Positions 59,761 through 64,000 of a stretch of 64,000 nucleotides of DNA are shown here, piece by piece. The position numbers and the translations under genes were made by a program. The stretch covers positions 128,001-192,000 of the forward strand of contig CAVWIG010000017.1 in the NCBI GenBank assembly GCA_963754945.1, read 5' to 3'. Source of the DNA: Methanotrichaceae archaeon (lineage in GTDB: Archaea; Halobacteriota; Methanosarcinia; Methanotrichales; Methanotrichaceae). The first letter of the stretch is position 1. Each line of letters begins with the position of its first letter. Under the pieces are notes generated by a model. The model ran no database searches and had not been told where the DNA came from. It worked only from the letters and a program-made list of their open reading frames with translations.

Positions 59761-61545
59761 TCACACTACCAGGTTTCTGTAGTACTCCATCACCGGATCT
59801 GTCCAGGCAAACTGTTTAGCAAGGGAGAAAGACTCTTCACATAGTAGCCTGTACTTGACCTCGTCCTCAAGGTACGTCCAGGTGAAGTAGTCCATCGCCA
59901 GGGCGTAATCAAGGACTGTCTCCTCCTGGAGCGCCTCGATATTGTCCACTATTATTACCCCCCCAAGGCCGGGAACGCGGTGCTTGATCTTCTTCAGGGC
60001 ATCGCTGTACCCTGCGGCACGGCTGACGATGCTGGGAGTCCCCTCTCTCCCGGCCTCCAGCGCAGTAAGCAGGAAGGGCTCATACTGAGAGGGGAAGATA
60101 CCGGCAATACAGCCTGCCATGATCTCCTCCGCAGTCATGGCTAGGCCGCCGTCCTCAGGTCCTACCCACTGGGGATAAAGGAGAGCCGCCACTTTCCTCT
60201 TTCCTGATATCAGCTCGGTCTCGTCCAGACCTCTCTCCTTGATCATGTTCTCAAGTCTGATCTCGTCTCCTACCAGAACCTCGGGAGGCAGGTTGATGGG
60301 AAACCCCTCGGGCAGCTTTTCTTTGGCCTTGGGACCATGAGCGGCTATCAAAAAGCAGATCACGCGAGTATCTTCAGCATGGCGCTGTCCGACAATTCTG
60401 TGCTTCAGAAGATGGTCCTGGAGAACCAGGGCATCGAGGAGCTGTGGGTAGCCTTTGTTCTCGATCTCAATCCTGGAGATTGTGAAAAGAGGTAGTAAGT
60501 TCGCCGGGTCCACGCACTGACCGTCGCAGATCTTGTAGAGGTTGTCCGCTAGGAACTTCTGGATCTTGGCCCGGCACTGATCCTTTTTGTCCCAATCGAT
60601 GTCTTCTGAATCAACCTCTATGCCGTTCCGAACAACAAATCCCTTCAAGTTATGGAACAGCATGGCCTCCTTCATTGTGGAATCCCCCACATAGGTCACC
60701 ACATCGGCATACCTGGCCAGGGATTCCAGAGCGGCAAATCCTAGCGGAGTTCCTGGCTCCACTTGGGAATCGTTTGAGGCAATCTTCTGGAGGGTTTTGT
60801 ACCCCGCGGTCCGCCCTGGAACAGTTGCGTGCAGGGTTGCAACCGTCCTGACTGGTACCCCCATCTTCTTCAGCCTTGCCAAGGCATAGAAGACCCCGAA
60901 TTCATGACAGTGCAGAGATACCCTAACTTTGGGCATTACCGACCTGGCGAATTCGGAAACTGCTTTGTCTTCTTGCTTCCGGGCGACCTCCTCGTGGATC
61001 AGTGTGAGGCTACGCACAAACTCGGATATCGCATAGGACAGATCTAGGTAGTGCGTGTACTCGGCGCCGTAATGAGTTCTTTCGAACTGAATGGAGTCCA
61101 GACCAGCCAGCTCATAAGCCTCTGTCTTGATAGCGTTGTTGAGGGTCAGATCCTGGTTTTTCCAGCGAGTCGTCCTTGACTGATAGTAGATGGTATTGAA
61201 GAGCAGGTAGCCGACGGGGACATCAGCGACCTTTCTCTGGAAGGCAACCACTTCTATGCCTGCTGAGGTCAGTGATGAAATGACCGAATCCAGTTCCGGC
61301 CCCATGTTCAGCTTTTCGTAACCGGAGAGGTCAGTGACCCTGTTTTTTCCCTTATTCCAGTCAGACCCCGGTGTTGGATAGTAGGGCCCAGCAACTAGAA
61401 TGCGGAGGTCCTTGTCGATCTTTCCCTCAGCAGCCAGGCTGGCCAAGGTCCGAGACTCGGCGTCGATGACATTCCAGATTCCTCCCATTTTGTTCGAGGA
61501 GGGACCACCTTCTTCTCCTGCAAGGACGATCCACCTTTGAATCAT
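59761..61545 (-). CDS. GT3-like glycogen synthase
   Basis: NKMGGI, HCHEF, TLHAT..GR, R.E.ENKG and GIFPS.YEP resemble GT3 motifs (KVGGI, RYEF.NKG, GVFPSYYEP). Confidence 0.75.
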   Translation of the reverse strand: MIQRWIVLAGEEGGPSSNKMGGIWNVIDAESRTLASLAAEGKIDKDLRILVAGPYYPTPGSDWNKGKNRVTDLSGYEKLNMGPELDSVISSLTSAGIEVVAFQRKVADVPVGYLLFNTIYYQSRTTRWKNQDLTLNNAIKTEAYELAGLDSIQFERTHYGAEYTHYLDLSYAISEFVRSLTLIHEEVARKQEDKAVSEFARSVMPKVRVSLHCHEFGVFYALARLKKMGVPVRTVATLHATVPGRTAGYKTLQKIASNDSQVEPGTPLGFAALESLARYADVVTYVGDSTMKEAMLFHNLKGFVVRNGIEVDSEDIDWDKKDQCRAKIQKFLADNLYKICDGQCVDPANLLPLFTISRIEIENKGYPQLLDALVLQDHLLKHRIVGQRHAEDTRVICFLIAAHGPKAKEKLPEGFPINLPPEVLVGDEIRLENMIKERGLDETELISGKRKVAALLYPQWVGPEDGGLAMTAEEIMAGCIAGIFPSQYEPFLLTALEAGREGTPSIVSRAAGYSDALKKIKHRVPGLGGVIIVDNIEALQEETVLDYALAMDYFTWTYLEDEVKYRLLCEESFSLAKQFAWTDPVMEYYRNLVV

Positions 61546-61557
61546 TTTTTTCAGACC

Positions 61558-62313
61558 TCACGGATATGGTGATAGAGATGAGACTGACATACCATCCTCA
61601 GAGATGTCCAGAACTCGAATGGTGTTGGCGATCTTTGAACCCCTCATCTTCATTATGTAGATCGATCTGATCATGACGTTGCCTATTCGTTCTCTATTGA
61701 GCACTGTTGCCGAGTCGGCTCCGTACTCCAGGATCTGGTTCATTCCAAAGGCGGTTCCAATGGTTATGACCGAGGTTAACCCGTTATTCCTCAACGAATC
61801 GAAGAGGTCATCTGTGAGGGATCTGATCTTGAACGGCGACTCTACGGCTGTGAAGAACGCCATGAGATCATCTATGAACAGTCTGTTTGGTTTTTCTTCC
61901 TCTATCTTCCGCTCCACCAGTTTTCTGAAGTTCACCAGAAACTCGACGGGATCAGCATCTATGCTCTTTTGTAGCCTCAGGACAGGGTCTGTCACATCGA
62001 TGATGCTTATTTTCTTTTCCTTTTCCAACCTGGAGAAATCCCATCCGAAGGAGGCGCTCATCTCTCTCTTCAGAAAATCAGAGCTTTCTGATGGTGTGAT
62101 TATCATGCCCTTGTCTCCGGATTTTGCCCCCTCGTAGATAAACTGGCTGGCGAATACGGTCTTTCCGCTGCCTGATGGCCCAGTTATCGTGTTGACAGTC
62201 CCTCTGTGAAATCCACCGGCTACCATCTCATCAAAACCCGGTATGCCCGATTTCACTCTGGGGTATAATTTTGATTGTTCAATTGCCACTGGTTCCTCCC
62301 TGAAGTACGACAT
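61558..62313 (-). CDS. Single-domain KaiC/RAD55-like ATPase
   Basis: SGIPGFD...GG, GPSGSGKT, LFIDD and KMRGS motifs. Confidence 0.88.
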   Translation of the reverse strand: MSYFREEPVAIEQSKLYPRVKSGIPGFDEMVAGGFHRGTVNTITGPSGSGKTVFASQFIYEGAKSGDKGMIITPSESSDFLKREMSASFGWDFSRLEKEKKISIIDVTDPVLRLQKSIDADPVEFLVNFRKLVERKIEEEKPNRLFIDDLMAFFTAVESPFKIRSLTDDLFDSLRNNGLTSVITIGTAFGMNQILEYGADSATVLNRERIGNVMIRSIYIMKMRGSKIANTIRVLDISEDGMSVSSLSPYP

Positions 62314-62431
62314 TTCGCCATTCTTGCAATTACCTGCTAGACTATTTTTCGATGGCTGAGGTAATTAGTTTTTTGGTTCTTTGGGGCTTGGACTCGAAGG
62401 ATGTAAATAATTTAGGAGACGATTGGGATCA

Positions 62432-63914
62432 TATGACCGATGTATCCCTCTGTTTTGAGGTTCATCAGCCCATCAGGCTCAAGAAAGAGTTTTTTTGGGA
62501 AGGTTCCTCATTAAAAAGGGTTGCCCCTGGCCGTCTCATGGATTTCTATTTCGATGACCAGGAAAACCGCAGGATATTCAACCGTGTATCGTCAAAGTGT
62601 TATCTCCCCGCAAACCGCATAATCCTCGATGAGATAAAACGATTTGAGAATGCCGAAAAGCCGTTCAAAGTTGCCTACAGCATCTCCGGCGTATTCCTGG
62701 ATCAGTGCAGGCGCTACAATCCAGAGGTTCTGGACTCATTCGCCAGGCTGATTGACACAGGCAAGGCAGAGGTGATGGAGCAGACCTACTACCACTCTCT
62801 GGCGAGCCTGTACGAGGATAAGCAAGAGTTCTATGAACAGGTCAAGATGCACCGCGAGCTTATATGGGATATATTCGCAACTCGTCCTACCACTTTCGAG
62901 AACACAGAGCTTCTGTACGACGACCAGATCGCGCGAATGGTGGAGAGCCTGGGCTACAGGACCATCTTCACCGAAGGAGTGGTGGCAGATCCTAATTACG
63001 TTTACAGGCCTTCGGGAACGGATCTATCTCTGCTTCTGCGAAACTACAGGCTAACAGACGATGTGGGTTTTAGGTTCTCAGCCAAGTGGTGGGAGGAGTA
63101 TCCTTTGACCGCGGACAAATACTCCAACTGGCTGTCGGCAACTCCCGGGCAGTGCATCAACCTCTTCTGCGATTACGAAACCTTTGGGGAGCACCAGTGG
63201 CCGGAGACTGGGATCTTCGAGTTCCTCAAGGCACTCCCAGAAAAGATTCTAAAAAAGGACAACCTCAGCTTCGCAATGCCCTGCGAGGTTGCGGCCAGAA
63301 ACAAACCCGTCAAGGAGATAAGTATCCAGAAAACCGTGTCCTGGGCCGATATGGAGAGGGACACAAGCTGCTGGCTTGGAAATGCTATGCAGTGGGCCTG
63401 CTACACCTACGAACGAAGACTTGAAGCGCCTATCAAGGAGAGCCAGGATCAAGAGCTTCTGAGCGTGTGGAGGATGCTTGGTCTTTCAGATCACCTGTAC
63501 TATATGTTCACCTGGGGCGGAGGAGCAGGTGAGGTTCATAGCTACTTCAGCCCGTACAAAAATGCCTACGATGCGGCGGTGACCTTTTTTGCAGTCCTAT
63601 CCGACCTTCACTTCCGGGTCAAAGAAAAGCTGAGGCTGGCTGATGAGCCATTCAAATTCTCCTTTGGCATTGAACAGTCCACGGGTGATGCGGTCTGGAG
63701 CCTCGAGGGGATGCAGAGAGCCCTGGCCAAGGTCGACATAGAGTCGATTGAATACCATGTTAAAAACTCAGATCTGGCCAACTGGGTCAGGACCAGTCTT
63801 GGAGAAGAACAGCTGGCCGAAAAGTTGGAAGACGTAGGCGATCTGCACGACGAGAAACTCAGACTGAGGCTGCTAGATGTTGTTGAAGCCAGCCTAAAGG
63901 AGCAAAGACGGTGA
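62432..63914 (+). CDS. GH57 alpha-amylase (AmyA-type) with C-terminal extra domain
   Basis: FEVHQP, YYHSL, NTEL.Y, DYETFGEH, SWAD.ERD and DHLYYM motifs. Confidence 0.9.
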
Positions 63915-64000
63915 TGCCCAGGGCGACCTGGTCGACCAGGCCTGAGAGTTATCACGAAGGCGTAAAGCACGAATGGCTGGTGGCGAACGGATTGGGTGGT
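63914..64000 (+). CDS. Glycogen debranching enzyme (amylo-alpha-1,6-glucosidase) N-terminus, runs off window
   Basis: TGATG overlap; MPRATW...HEWLVANGLGG matches the EWL..NGLGG N-terminal motif. Confidence 0.75.
   Translation, partial: MPRATWSTRPESYHEGVKHEWLVANGLGG

Overview
This is a 64 kb chromosomal segment of a methanogenic archaeon. Methanothrix/Methanosaeta-like (Methanosarcinales sensu lato) is an inference from gene content, archaeal TATA/GAGGTGA signals, an intron-containing tRNA-Ser and many secreted orphan proteins. Housekeeping blocks include the aroA'-type ADH synthase, MTA/SAH deaminase, htpX-pspAB, FKBP, ino1, an NfnB/GltD-like oxidoreductase, gatCAB, a prenyl synthase plus radical SAM pair, tRNA-Thr and a glycogen cluster at the right end. 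These alternate with IS-rich, decaying accessory islets. About 9.5 kb (~15%) is insertion sequence: one IS66-like, three IS5-family (two apparently identical), two IS630, one IS256 and one IS200, most with readable TIRs and TSDs. The best-supported novel signal is an IS200/IS605-type Y1 family with three members, all inserted immediately 3' of TTTAT without a TSD. They are a tnpA-only element, an element end at the window start, and a 150-bp non-autonomous palindromic element sitting 4 nt from the programmed frameshift site of an IS630 transposase. Other leads are a KaiC-like ATPase coupled to a GT3-like glycogen synthase, a long-chain prenyl synthase/radical SAM pair (candidate methanophenazine side-chain module), a secreted cupredoxin with a Tyr-rich prion-like tail, a candidate anti-SD sRNA, a PgaC/PgaD-like pair and a GalT-like gene that appears to start at ATC. 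Several single-base frameshifts could be assembly errors. All homology calls come from motif recognition by eye, not database searches.
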